NCBI GenBank assembly: GCA_046563655.1
Contig: CM102289.1
Coordinates: 6,572,001-6,636,000 of the forward strand
From: Yuukianura sp. NJ FZ-2021
Taxonomy: Eukaryota
Reading direction: 5' to 3'
DNA: 64,000 bases
Part shown: positions 24,987-38,478 of the stretch, piece after piece
Layout: each line of letters starts with the position of its first letter
How positions within the stretch are numbered: position 1 is the stretch's first letter
The notes under the pieces: generated by a model
Databases searched by the model: none
What the model was told of the DNA's origin: nothing
The model's input: the letters and a program-made list of their open reading frames with translations, nothing else
Program-made: the position numbers and the translations under genes

Positions 24987-27038
24987 TTATTGCTGCCTTT
25001 TAACATTTAAAACGACAACTTCCGTGGAGTGTGAGCATGCGCAGTTAACTTTGCAGCAATATTTTATCAGTTCACATCCAAACCCAACTACAGAGACGAC
25101 GATACAAATTGCGTAAAGTTGAAAGCATACAAGAATATTTGGACCAAGTTCAACAGGGACAAAATCCGATGATTTTTGATGCCGAAGGGACCTGGTTTGA
25201 ACAAAATCGTGTAATTTTAAGTAAAATTTAAACAGACCATTTGAGGCCATTGTTTGTAGATACTGAGCTATTAGTTCTGATCTATGCCCGTAAGGTTCCC
25301 AAACAATCAAACCTTCAAATAGCATTTCCTTTACAAAATTGCAACTTATTGTTTGATTATTTTTTTTAACAAAGTCCAGAAACGTTTGAAGTGTATCCAC
25401 GTCTGTGAGAACTGCACATTCGTTTGCAACCGGCATTTGGTCGATTCCGTCCACGACTGACGGGCAGTTTTTATGGGTATGCGGATGTGATAAATTGATT
25501 CCTTTTTGCTCAATGGTGGCACGTACTTGTGCGTCTAAGAATTTGTCATCCTCCAGAATACTGAAGCCTTTTGCTATAAGTTCAGCATTTGATTGTATTT
25601 GCTGTTCTGATGGTGGAATTGTTACTTCGCTGCTAGTTACTCCCTCATAAATATTACTTATATAAAAGTATACAAAGAAATATAACGTAAACAAAATAGC
25701 AAAGTAAGGCTTGTTTGTAACTGGTGATTGCCGTAGAATGAGTCGGGTCAGGAATAGAAAATCCACTCTGTTCATATTTACCGCATTGCTAAAAAAAATT
25801 AAACAGAAGTAATAATTAAATTCATATTAACATTAATATTAAAATTATTCAGAAAAAAATCCTACAATAGTAGTTTATATAAGCTTCAAAAAGTCGTCAC
25901 AGAATTCTACAAAATTTTAACACCAAGCTACACGAAGGAAGTTGAATTTTACCGCATGTTACTAAGCTAACCGAAACGTTTAACCTTACCACAATTTTAC
26001 TTGCGTTGAGACAACATATAGTGCTATCAATCCAAGCACAATGCTCAACCATGTAGAAAGGTCAAAAGTGTCAAAGAATACGTCCAACACTGGTACCAAA
26101 ATACTCGGATTCGTTTCGCAATAAATAAAATAATTTTGTAATGGTTTTTCAATTATAAAATATGAAAAATTATTTCTTAATCTGTTAACTTTTTTTCCAA
26201 GCCAATAGTGTTCACTCGATCTGGTAAACATACGACTCCCGTTGAATAACATATTCTGAAGATGTAGAATTGCGTATTCTGGAAAACATGTTCTACCATA
26301 GTTATCAAGTGGATTATTCTGTAGGTACACCCTAGGAACTCCACAGTTATGCCATATGTCATCCCATGTATTTGCTGGAGCTGGACGGACCTTTTCTTCC
26401 ATGTTTTTTAAGTCAACGCCCGTTCTCATGTGCATATACTTATAAATTTTGAAAATATTTGATCTCGATATAATTTTCAAATTTCGGCGGTAAATACTTG
26501 ATTCTGCACCTGAAACTGTAAATACTCCAGAACTTGTAGTACACGGATGGCAAAAGACGCCCCAGTCAATAACACTTCTTGTTCTGGGATCGTAGGTAAT
26601 AAAAACGATTTTTAACGCAAAGTAGTTAAACCGAAAACCTCTACCATATCGTCGCGGGATAACATAATTTTGAGTGTCTTGAAAAAGTTGAATGTTTTGA
26701 ACAACGAACATGACAATATATGGAGACTCGTAGATGAACGAATTGAATGCATTATCAACTAGGTTAAAAAAGTAAGGATTTTGGTATATGTAGTACTCGC
26801 AATGTTCGTAACGACCAATCGATATTGGGTAGACAAAAGTTTTCCAAATTTGAGAAAAGACAAAACTGTTTTGACCAAAACTGGAGTACTTTTGTACAGT
26901 TTCTATTATTTCAGAGCTTAACTCATTTGGGTTGCCCAAATTGTCGAAAATGAAATTGACAGAGCATCCTTTGTCCAATGGTGGGAAAATGAGATCTGCA
27001 TTAACACTGAAGAACAGGAACAAGAACTGCAACAGCAT
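24987..27038 (-). CDS. Divergent ionotropic receptor (IR/iGluR-like) membrane protein, copy C, 2 exons
   Basis: Signal peptide, extracellular domain, pre-M1 VFFDTFDLSTW plus TM1, pore-like LILRQ, M3-like FYISNIYEGVTSSEVTIP, an S2-like region and M4 ELGPNILVCFQLYAICIVVSVVGFGCEL. One GT-AG intron at about 25790-25988. Confidence 0.75.
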
Positions 27039-27410
27039 GACGAAAAATGTTTTATGAAAATGTAACCTGAGTAGTAGTGCGCGTTTGTATTAAATTGAAG
27101 CAAAATTTCTGGCTTCGGAAATAGTTTATTGCGAGAACGATGAAACTACTTTGTTTTAAGGTATGGTCTGTCTTGTCACAGTCAATTTAAAATTCCGGAA
27201 CAAAAAACAGCAAAATTCAAGTCTCTAGAGAAATCAAGTTTACAAAATTGTAGCCTTACGTACACAAAACAAAATAGCCACCAATGCAAATTTTGAAAAA
27301 TTTATAGGACATGCAGCCGCTTTTTTAGAAAGAAAATCAACAAAATACCATCAAAGGGCAAGAGTACTTTAGATTAGTAGGTTATGACTACCTTATATTA
27401 ATATTAACAT

Positions 27411-29410
27411 TTAAAACTTGACGACTTCCGTGGAGCGTGAGCATTCGCAATTAACTTTGCAGTAATGCTTTATCAGTTCACATCCAAACCCAATTATGGA
27501 AACAACGATACAAATTGCGAAAAGTTGAAAGCATACAAGAATATTTGGACCAAGTTCCACTGGAACAAACTCAAGTGATTTTTGATGCCGTAGGGAACTA
27601 GTTTGAACAAAATCTTGTAATATTAAGTAAAATTTAAACAGACCATTTGATGACATTGTTTGTAGATATTGAGCTATTAGTTGTGAACGTTGACCGGAGG
27701 GTTGCCAAGCAATCAATCCTTCAAACAACATCTCTTTAACAAAATTACAAGTTATGTTGTGTCTTTTGACATAGTCCAAATCTTTTTGAAGTGAGTCCAC
27801 GTCTCTCAGAACGGCACATTGGTTTGCCAGTGATGCCACTTCTTCAAGATCGTTCATGCGTGACGGACACTTTTTATGCAACAGGGGATCCGACACGTTG
27901 ATTCCTTTCTTCTCAATGGTGGCACGTACGTGTGCATCTAAAAATCTGCGCTCGCGTTGAATGCTGAATCCTTTTGCAATAAGCTTTGCATTCGTTTGAA
28001 TTTGTTGTTCTGAAGGCGGAATAGTTACTTCGCTGCTAGTTACTCCCTCGTAAATAGTGCTTATGTAAAAGTAAACAAAAAAGTATATTATAAACAAAAG
28101 AGCAAAGTAACGTTTATTTGAAGCTGGTGGTTGGCGGAGTGCCAGTCCTACAAGGAACAAGAAGTCCACTGTGTTCATACTAACAGCATTCCTGACAAAT
28201 AAAAATAAAATCATGTGCACATGTAGTTAGTTACATGGAATGATTAATTGATGAGAATATTTAGTAAAAATTTGTTTTATTTTAGAACATTTATAATAAA
28301 AAACACCAATAGATTAATATCAGAATAAGATTAATACATTTAGCGCAATTTTTGAACTTACCGCAATTTGACTTGCGTCGAAAGAGCGTACAGACTCAAC
28401 AACCCAATCACGATACCCAACCACGTTGGAATGTCAAAGGTGTCAAAGAATACGTCCAACACGGGTACTAAAATACTCGGATTAGTTTCGCAGTAAAGAA
28501 AGTAATTTCTTAATGATTTTTCGATTATAAAATAAGAGAAGTTTTCTCTTGACCTGTTTACTGGATTTCCAAGCCAATACCTTCCATTGGCCTCACTGAA
28601 CGCTAAACTCCCATTGAATATCAAATTTTGGAGATGCAGAATAGGGAGTTTTGGAAAACATCTTTTACCACGGTTACGTACTGGATACAAAACGTACCTT
28701 AGGTATTCCCTAGGAACTGCACAATTGTGATTCAACTCGGCATCTGTCTTTACTGGAACGACTTTTTCATCCAGATTCTTTAAGTCAACATCAGTTCTCA
28801 TATGCACATGCTTATAAGTTTTGAAAATAAATGATCTAGAAATAATTTTTAAATTTTGGCGGTACAGCTCTGATTCTGGTCCAAAAAGTGCAAATGTTCC
28901 AGAAGTTGTAGAACACGGATGACAAAAGACGCCCCAGTCAACAACACTTTTCGTGCTGGAATTGTACGTAATAAAAACAACTTTTAGAGCGAAGTCATTA
29001 AAGTCGAAACCTGCGTCGTTCAGTGTAGGCATTATATAATTTCGAGTTTTTTGAAACTGTTGAATATTTTGAATAATGAATATTACAATGTATGGAGACT
29101 CGTAGATTACCGAATTGACTGCGTTCGCAACTAGGTTTAAAAAGTTAGGATTTTGGTAGATGTAATACTCACAGTGTTCATAGCGACCAATGGATATTGG
29201 GTAGACAAAAATTTTGGAAATTTCAGAAAACACAAAACTGTTTTCGCCGATAGCGGCGTACGCTTCTACAGTTTGTATTGCTTCAGAAGTTAACTCATCT
29301 GTGGTGCCTAAATTGTCGAAAATGAAATTTACAGAGCATCCTTTGTCGAATGGTGGAAAAATGAGCTTTGCGTTAACACTCTGGAACAAGAACAAAAACT
29401 GCAACAACAT
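27411..29410 (-). CDS. Divergent ionotropic receptor (IR/iGluR-like) membrane protein, copy D, 2 exons
   Basis: Same architecture as copy C (MLLQFLFLFQSVNA signal; FFDTFDIPTW; LALRQ; YISTIYEGVTSSEVTIP; FQLFAICIVVSIIGFGCEL) with the intron at the same position. Confidence 0.75.
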
Positions 29411-30074
29411 GGCGAAGGTTCACTTTTTTTTTTCTAAAAATCTGATTTAAGAAGTAACGCGCGTGAGCATAACGTCTCAAATAAAATTTCTGGTTTTGAA
29501 AATATAATCTTCTTTTACCAGAAACTGCTTATGAACTGTTTCGCTGAGTTATCGTTTTTGCCAGACTCAATTTAAAATTCTGGAATAGAAAACAACAAAA
29601 TTCAAGTCTCTGGACAAATCAATATTACCTAATAGTAGCCTCAAATACAAAAAAAAAATAGTCACGAATATAAATTTTGGAAAATATCTAGGACAAGCAA
29701 ACAAAAATAAAATGAAAAAAAAAGAAATGAAACAAAAAGCAACAAAATCAACAAACCACATGCAAATACATACTCTTGAGTTTGAATGTCCTGTCCAATA
29801 ACCTTCAATGCTATTTTAATTTTTTTTTTGCAGTGTTTCTTTTTTAACGAGACGAGCCAAACTTTTGTATTAAATGTTTATTGCCAAAAATCAGAATCCT
29901 ATTAACAGAATCAGAAGTAGGTTGATTTGAAACAAAAAAAAAGCACTGGAGATTTTGAATAACGCATAAATACGTTCAACATTAGAAACTTCTACATAGC
30001 GTGTGATTTCAAAATTTTCGAAACTTGAAAGCTTTTGAAGAAATGTCAGATTCTGAATACGCTGCTGTGGTGTT

Positions 30075-30557
30075 CTAACGTGATGACTCTGCTGAGGTAT
30101 TTTGTTGAATCCAATTCACTGCCTCAGTTATACTGACTTTCCCATCCTTGTCCTTGTCAGCTTCAGCAAGAAAGTTTGGAAATGGTTTGTCTTGAAGCAA
30201 GGGATCATGAACTCTCATCATGTTCATCAGTTCAACGTAATCCGTTTCATCAATAAATCCATCTCCGTCCAAATCAGCACGAGTCGCGTATTCTCTTGCG
30301 AATTTATCAGTTTCATGCAACTGACTTGCTTGAGAAATGAAGTCTTCCATTGTCACAATTCCACCATTTTTCTCCCACCAAGTTTGGTAAGCCACAACTT
30401 GTTCCGGTGTTCTTGGATATTCCATTTTCTGGATCAGTTCTGGAATGTCACTCGAACGCACCCAACCTCCCGGTTTGTATGTCGGTAAGCTTCGGAAAAT
30501 GTCTTTCAGACTTTCCAACTCCTCTGCTGTGTACGGTTTTGTAAAATCGCGTGGCAT
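30075..30557 (-). CDS. EF-hand calcium-binding protein (calmodulin-sized), intronless
   Basis: 160 aa. The C-terminal loops DLDGDGFIDETD and DKDKDGKVSITE are canonical-looking, while the N-terminal pair is degenerate. Confidence 0.85.
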   Translation of the reverse strand: MPRDFTKPYTAEELESLKDIFRSLPTYKPGGWVRSSDIPELIQKMEYPRTPEQVVAYQTWWEKNGGIVTMEDFISQASQLHETDKFAREYATRADLDGDGFIDETDYVELMNMMRVHDPLLQDKPFPNFLAEADKDKDGKVSITEAVNWIQQNTSAESSR

Positions 30558-31820
30558 TTTTCTTCAGCAAAACTCAGAACTGAAAACTTTAGGAAATTCT
30601 TTCACAAATTTTTTAACCCTTTGATGTAGTAATTTGGGGTAGACTGGTAATTGAATTTATTTAACTTTCGTCTTTTATAAGTGCGACTCACGTTTTTTTT
30701 TTAAAAAAGTTTCATAATTCCTCACAAACCATTCAAAAATTATGAACGTACAGCACATAAATCATAATTTTTATCCTCCTGTCTTTCAGACAAATTACTT
30801 TCTTTTGCTTTTTCTTACTCTTTTGTACTGCAAGGCAAGGCGAGTGGAACAAAACACCTTGTATACTACTAACCATTAGACGTAATGCTGAATGCCAATT
30901 CCCCAATTTACTAGTTTTTTCTACTTTTGTTAACCTTCAACCGTTGAAACAAAAAAGTTAGGTAGACTTTGTCTGGAAACATTCGATTATCAATCAAAAA
31001 CTATTTGCTTATGTCTGTTTCATATTCAAAACTAATACTTCACTCAAAATCTAAATAATTTTGAAGTCTTCACAAACCAGTGTTTGAAAAAACAGGAACA
31101 CATCAAGTAGCATTACTAATTTATGAATCACATTGAACAACGTTTTTGGAACAATACACGCTCCAGTACCAGTTGATAACGCATTTAGAAAGTTTCGATT
31201 TAGTTAAACAAAGTTTAACTCGCGTTAAAATCTGATTTTGAAATCATTGGAAAAGCAATAAATCATAAAAAGTTCTAATTGTTGAAAATAATTCAAAAGC
31301 GATACGATTCATTGAGGGCCAAAAAAAAATTTAGTATTCACAAAAGAGGTAAATGTTTTCAAGGTCATTTCAACACGAACCGTCAATTTAAACACTTCAC
31401 AAAAAATCCACTTTCCAATTCTGGCAATCATCATGATTGCTCAAATCCTCGAATTGTCCTGTTGTCCAGTGCGTAGAAGAAAGACATGATAAATGCCACT
31501 CATGGTGATAACTAAACGTTAAAAGTCGGCTGTGTCACGGGATTTGAAGTTTTTTGTTTACTTAAATATAATTATAGTTTGAGATAACTAAAAAATAGTA
31601 TTGGGTCGACCTTGATTTCACATACGAACAACAGGTTTTTATATATACGATTTATTTTGTCAAGTACTTTCATACGACTTCGTTTCTGCAGAACAATCAA
31701 CACTTCTGCTTCCATATATTTCCGAGGTCATAAAAGATTCGGCGTCATTCAGATAGAGTTTTAAACTGAACGTTCGGCCTAGTAGCTTGTGACAGTAAAA
31801 CATTGTTCTAAAACTTCAAA

Positions 31821-33316
31821 ATGGAAGCCCTACCGCCAATTTCCAAAGAATTTTTAGAAGAAGCTCTCAACAAAAAAATTGAATCTTTTACAATGAAACC
31901 TGGAACGAACGTAGGCGACAACTACATGAGTGTACTCTACTCTTTTGAGGTCGAAGTTCAAAAAGAAGGAGACAACAACAACAAGAGTGAAACGCTTCAT
32001 CTACTTTCAAAATGCTATCCGGCCCATCCCGCACGCCAAACGTTTTTAAATACTTCAAATGTCTTTTGGAACGAACTTTCAATCTACAAGGTTTTGATTC
32101 CTGAATTTGAGTCTTTCGCTAACAAATTCGGTTTGGGAGACAAAAAGTTATTTCCGCCACTCATTGGAGGAAAGGCGATTGATTTCGAGGAGTTGAAAAG
32201 TAATTTCAAAAAACTGCTTCAACCATAATAAATTTTGCATTATACTAACCTTGAAAAATATTCGCTTTTTTAGGACTTGGCGATAAAACATACGATGGCA
32301 AAGTTTTCGAGTCTTTTGATCTCTACATTATGATGACGGATATTCGCAAGACTTGGGGATTTCGTATGGCGGACCGTCGTAAAGGACTAAATTTTGACGA
32401 AATGAAGCTCGTCATCAGTGCACAGGCTAAGCTTCACGCTTTGTCTTGGGGGTACAAGCAGTTGAACAACTCGAAAACGCTCTCAGACAAATTCGATTTT
32501 CTGGAATTTCGATTTACGGATGAAGACAAAGTGATGTGGGGTAATCTGATGGAGGCAAATATTCAATTGGCTGCGGATACAGTTGAAGGCGTAGTTGGAA
32601 AAGATTCAATTGTCGGCGCTCAAATTCAAAAAGTTAAGAAGAACGTATCAGACATAATGGAAATCGCTTTTACAAATAATGCAACAGAACAAAAATTTTA
32701 TGACTCCCATCGTCTTCCACCAACTGAAAAGATAAACGAAGGTAAATATTTCAAAATAACACAAAACCTGAATGTTTTCTAAAAAAATTGTTTGTTTCCA
32801 GAACCGTGGCGAGTTTTATTACACGGCGATTGCTGGACAAACAACTTACTGTTTCGGTACGACGAGAAAACGGGCAAACCGCTGGAAGTAATTCTTGTCG
32901 ACCTGCAGATGATGCGCGAACATTGTCCAACAATGGATTTGGCTTACCTCTGCTACTGCAGTACAACAACTGAATTCAGAAGGGAACATTTGAACAGCAT
33001 TTTAGAACTTTACCACGACCAGTTCGCAAGCCACTGTCAGAAAATGGGCGTACCAGCTTTACCGGGTTTTAGTCTGGAAGAACTCAAACGACGGTTTCAT
33101 CGAGCAAAAGTTTTGGGATTTTTTATGGCCACTATGGGGCTTCCAATCATGTTGAAAGATGCTAAAGACATCGTTGATATGGAAACAATTGAAGCCACTG
33201 ACCTTGCCGACATGTTTGAAAATTTTATATCAGTCAAGGAAAATAACACAAATGATTTGTATACGCGCAGGATGGTAGCAACGGCGTTGGAGTTACATGA
33301 AGATGGAGTTTTGTGA
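31821..33316 (+). CDS. Ecdysteroid kinase-like (EcKL / CHK kinase-like) protein, 3 exons
   Basis: GTNVGDNYMS, MTDIRKTWGFRMADRRKGL, AKLHALS, Brenner motif LLHGDCWTNNLLFRY, VDLQ and DLAY. Introns at about 32200-32273 and 32742-32801. Confidence 0.9.
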
Positions 33317-33716
33317 ATGAAATTTATTAGTGCACATAATTTTAGCACACATGGATATTTTCTTTGCGCTAAAATGCCAAAAATTGTCAGTATTTTCCTG
33401 ATTTGTTTGTTTTTGACAATTTGTTTAAATTTTACTGATCATTGAAAAACGGTATATAAGAAAAATAAAAAATTAACCTCTTTAGGCTGTGAAAAATAAA
33501 ATTTGAATACTATTTCTCGTGGCAATTCAAATCTTTATGTTTTTAACACCACTGTAGAATGTTACTAACCTAGTCGTAACATTGAAGTGACGATAAAGCA
33601 CCAGGAAGTAGTACACCACATACAACCTTCCACTTTTTAGCACATAAAACGCCCTTCCCTTCTATCAGTTGATTTCAGTTGTGAATGTGATTAGTACCAG
33701 TTGGGAGGTGTTAACT

Positions 33717-35240
33717 ATGGAAGGTTTACCATCCGTTTCTAAAGACTTCTTAGAAAAAATTTTGAACAGAAAAGTAAAATCTTTTGAAATCAAGTTAGGA
33801 AGTGCCGTTGGTGACAATTACATGAGCGCCATTTATTCTCTAGAAGTAAACGTTTACAACACAAACAGCGAAAATAGTGAAACTTTGTACTTAATTTCAA
33901 AGTGTTATCCAAATAATCCCACTCGACAAAAACATTTAAACAAAACCAATATTTTCTGGGTTGAACTCTCAGTGTACAAAATTCTATTGCCAGAATTAGG
34001 TGCATTGTCTAATAAAATTGGAGAGGATGATCGTAAACTGTTTCCACCATTCATTGCCGGAAATGCAATCGATTTTGACAATTCGCGCCGTAAAGAAATG
34101 AAAATTTTAATAGGATGTTAAATTCAGGCGTAGGATTAGTATATAAAATATTTTTGTAATTTTCAGAACTTTATGATCCATCCGCAGAAGAAAAAATATT
34201 TGATCCCTTTGACATCTTCATTTTGATGGAAGATATTCGGAAGAGTTCGGGATTCCGAATGTTGGATCGCCGGAAGGGGCTGGATTTTGATGAAGTGAAA
34301 CTTGTTGTCATTGCGCAAGCAAAACTTCATGCTCTTTCATGGGCGTACAAACAGATGAATAATTTGAAATCCATGGTTGACAAATTCGATTTTGTGAAAA
34401 TTCAACGTGACACTGAAAATTTTGAAATGTGGGTACGTCTTTTAGAGGAAAACGTTCTTCAAGCGGCAGACACTGTAGAAATTGTGCTGGGTCAAGGGTC
34501 AACGCTTGGCGGTCAAATTCGAAAAGTCAAGGACCATGTACGTGACATAATGCGTTTTGCATACGCCGAGTCTTTTCCAGAACATAAACTTTACGACTCT
34601 CATCGAGTTAAACCTGCCGTCGGAGAAATGGACGAAGGTTGAACAATTCAATTTCAAAACAATTATCTTAAAAAATTAATTTGAAGCTAATTTTTCTATT
34701 TTTTTTTCTGTTTTAATTTTTTTTAACACAGAACCTTGGAGAGTGCTGCTACATGCTGATTCTTGGACAAACAACTTACTATTTCGATATGACGAAACTA
34801 CTTCACAAGCCACAGAAGTAGTTATTGTTGACTTACAGATGATGCGAGAGCATTGCCCGACACTTGACCTAGTTTACCTTATGTACAGCAGCACAACTCC
34901 ACAATTCAGAAAAACACACTTGAACTCAATGTTGAAAATATACCATGACCAGTTTATATCCTACTGCAAAAGACTTGGCGTTCCTACACTACCAAATTTT
35001 ACTTTGGAAGAACTTACAAGAAGGATTCAGCGTGCCAAAATGTCGGGATTTTTGTTCGCTGTAACTTTTCTTCCAATTACGCTTAAAAACTCTGAGGATA
35101 TGATTGACGTTGAGAAAATTGAAGGAACCGAAGCTGCCGACCTTTTTGTAAATTTCAAAACAGACGGCGGTACAAACAATTTGTTCGTCCAAAGAATGCT
35201 AGAGACTGCGTTAGAATTACAGGCGGAAGGTGTTTTGTAA
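33717..35240 (+). CDS. Ecdysteroid kinase-like (EcKL) protein, tandem paralog, 3 exons
   Basis: GSAVGDNYMS, MEDIRKSSGFRMLDRRKGL, AKLHALS, LLHADSWTNNLLFRY and VDLQ. Intron positions match the upstream paralog. Confidence 0.88.
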
Positions 35241-35788
35241 ATGCTGTTCTTACATCAATAAATTTTTGTTTTTCAAACTCAAGTTCACAAAAAATTTCTA
35301 CGTACTACTTTTTTCTATTTTTTTTTTTCGAAAAGCCATCCACGTTGTCATAATTAAAATGTATAAAATTACTTTGAATTTGGAAATTTTGTACTCGTCG
35401 TATCATTTTGAGCGCTTGGGAAACCCGAAAGCGCTGGAATAATTGATTTTAAAGTGAATCACTGGAAAAGTCCACAAAGAGTGTTAAAATTTAAAATAAA
35501 ATGCTTCATTTGAAGATTTCTAATAACTTTTTGATCACTAAAAATCTGTGCTTTTTTTTTTTGCTAAACTCAGGATACAGTTGTTTCAACTTGACATTGC
35601 AATTGAGGTCATGATTCCATCTGGTTTAGTTTGGAATATTGAAATACCCAAAGTTATTTAAAACACCTTGGAAATACCTAATGATATTGGATAAAATGCG
35701 CAAAATAGAGAGATAAAGAGTCTTGATTTCTGGATAAAACAAACTGAGCGTAGAATACCTAAACACATTTGTCAATAATTGTAACAAC

Positions 35789-37985
35789 ATGAAATCCGTA
35801 ACAGGAGCATTTGTTGTAGCCTTGTTGACTACTTTTGCAGCAGCGGCGACTGCAGCAGATCCCTTAGACGGGTAATTATTTACAAATTATGAGTTAGATT
35901 TTGTTAAAACTGTGGAATAACACATTTTTTTACAACTCGCTCAGATTCAAAGTCCTTAGTGTGACTGCCTACACGCCAAAGCAGTTTGAGTTACTCAAAA
36001 GTCTTGTGGATCATGATGACTTTGACTTTTGGACACTCCCAACGTACAAAGGGGTCACCGACATCATGGTTAGCCCTCAACGGGTGAAGGAATTGACCAA
36101 TCTATTTGCAACCAGGAGCATGAAATGGAGCGTTAAAATTCGTGACGTTGGAGCGTAAGTGCAAATTTTTAAAAACCAAAATATTGTTTTTTTAAAAGAA
36201 AATTCAAATTCGTTTTGTTTTGGAAACAGGATTGTGGCTGAACAGAAAAAGGCCAACGACGCTGCACTTTTGAAAGCCAATGGTGAAATGACATGGGACG
36301 CTTATCAGCGATACGAACAGGCATGACAGGCACTTCAAAATTTCAATTGTTTGTAAATTCCGAAAATGTTATTATTGGCTTAAAATTTCCAGATTGAAGA
36401 GTGGTTCAACACCATAAGTTCACACGAGTTGGTGACCTTGACTGTCATTGGACAAAGTTATGAAGGCCGTAACTTGTACCAGGTCAAGGTATCCACTGGA
36501 GCCCTTGGAAATGGTGACCTGAAACCAGCAATTTTCATTGACGCTCACTTGCATGCCCGTGAATGGGTGTCTGGTGCTTCTGCTACTTGGATTATCAACG
36601 AGGTCATCACGAACTCTCACCTCTACACTAACTTGTTGGACAAATATGACTTATTTGTCGTAGCAGAAGCAAATCCTGATGGGTACGAATATTCCCATGG
36701 TATTGGCAACAGAATGTGGCGCAAAACTCGAAGCATCAATCCAGAAAACAAGGACTGTCCTGGAACTGATCCCAACAGAAATTTTGCGTTTCATTTCGGT
36801 AATGAACCACGATTGACAAAATTTAACGTTACAGCAACATTTTGAAGAGGTTGCAAAAAATTGACTTTGCTCTGAAACGTTTGAATTATAGGAGGAGAGA
36901 ACACATCAGATCGCCCATGCTCTGATCAGTACAGTAAGCGAAACTACTTTTCTCAAATCAAGATTTTTACCTCAAACTCGAAAAAGTTTAGTTTTGCTAA
37001 AGTTTCAAAACGTTTTTAGAGGGGTCATCAGCTTTTTCTGAACCTGAAACTGCAGCGATTCGAGATGCCATCAAGAATTTACAAGCTGAACGAAATGTTC
37101 ATGCGTACTATACGATTCATTCCTACGGCCAAGTAAATCAACCACCCTTTATAACCATTTCACACCTTGCAAATATTTAGTTGTGTTAATTTTTATGATC
37201 AACTGCACCACAGTTGTAATTGAATTGTCGTATTCTTGATTTGTTTTAGTATTGGCTGCTATCATGGGGTTATGCGGAACAAACCTATCCTGATGACTTT
37301 CCGGAGCTGGTAAGTTTCAAAATTTTTGGAAACAACAACTTCAATTAAATCCACAATTGTAAAATTCTTTCTTTCTTTTATAGAAAGAAAAATTTAAAAT
37401 TTTGATTCTTTTATAGCTGAGTTGGGGTCAAGAGAGTGTTGGAGCTATTAAAAGCGTCCATGGAAAGAGATACGAAGCTGATCAAGGAGCAGATTTACTT
37501 TGTATGCGACCAATTTTGTCAAAGTTGAATAGATTGACAAAATAATTTAGTTAATATGAATTAATCTATTGCATTTAGATGCTGTTGGTGGCGCTAGTGA
37601 TGACTGGGCTAAGAACGAGGGAGTCAAATACGTTGTGTGTTTGGAAATTAGAGACCAGGGCCAATACGGTAAAACATAAAATTGAATTCAATTATTGCAG
37701 AGAATTTCATTTTAATAGCAAAGTTAAGTATTTTAAATGATTTTCTAATTTTGAATGATTTTCTAAACATAATTTGCACAAATAGGTTTTCTCCTTCCAC
37801 CAGAACAAATTATCCCAACTGCTCAAGGTTAGTAACCAGATTTCACAGAAAGTGATGTAGTTCTGAATGAATTTTTAGTTTTCGAAAATAAGCACTGAAG
37901 TTTAAAAAAAAAACTTTCGATGTTTTTAGAAATCTGGGCCGGGATCCAAGTCGTTGCGCAACCTCAATATGATCCAAGACCATAA
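35789..37985 (+). CDS. M14 zinc metallocarboxypeptidase (carboxypeptidase B-like) preproenzyme
   Basis: Signal peptide, propeptide (DFW...DIMVSP), HAREW, NPDGYEYS, RMWRKTR, DPNRNF, FSEPET, TIHSYGQ, YAVGGASDDWA (Asp in the specificity position) and LEIRD. Multi-exon with stop at 37983-37985. Confidence 0.92.
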
Positions 37986-38478
37986 AAAGTAAATTTTATT
38001 AAAAAAAAAATTAATGCTTTCGAGAAAATTTTATTAAAAAAAATTAATAAATCGCGGTTAACTTTGATGCTGTACGTTGAAACAGTATTGAAATCGCCAC
38101 TCTGCAAAACGCTGTGTTGTGGATATGACCACAAAAAATCTATGCTTTTTGGGCACCTTGCAGATTTCAAAATTTGTCATTTTTGTGTTTCAAAAATTTT
38201 TTTTTCGTTTTTTTTTAACTGAATTACAAGTTCGAGGCATTCACAAAGAAAAACACATCCTGAAGTCATATGTCATGTGGTTTGGCTTATGAACTCCTTA
38301 GTTGGTGTACACAATTCCAATGACTTAGCTTTTTCTAAGGTTACCTTAAAACATCATAATTTAATTCAAAATTTTTCGATGGCGCATGTTTCAAAATTTG
38401 GAACAAATTCGGGAAATTTTTTTCAATTTGTTATAGAACGGCAGTGCATTTTGGTTAAATTATGCTTTGATGGAATTT

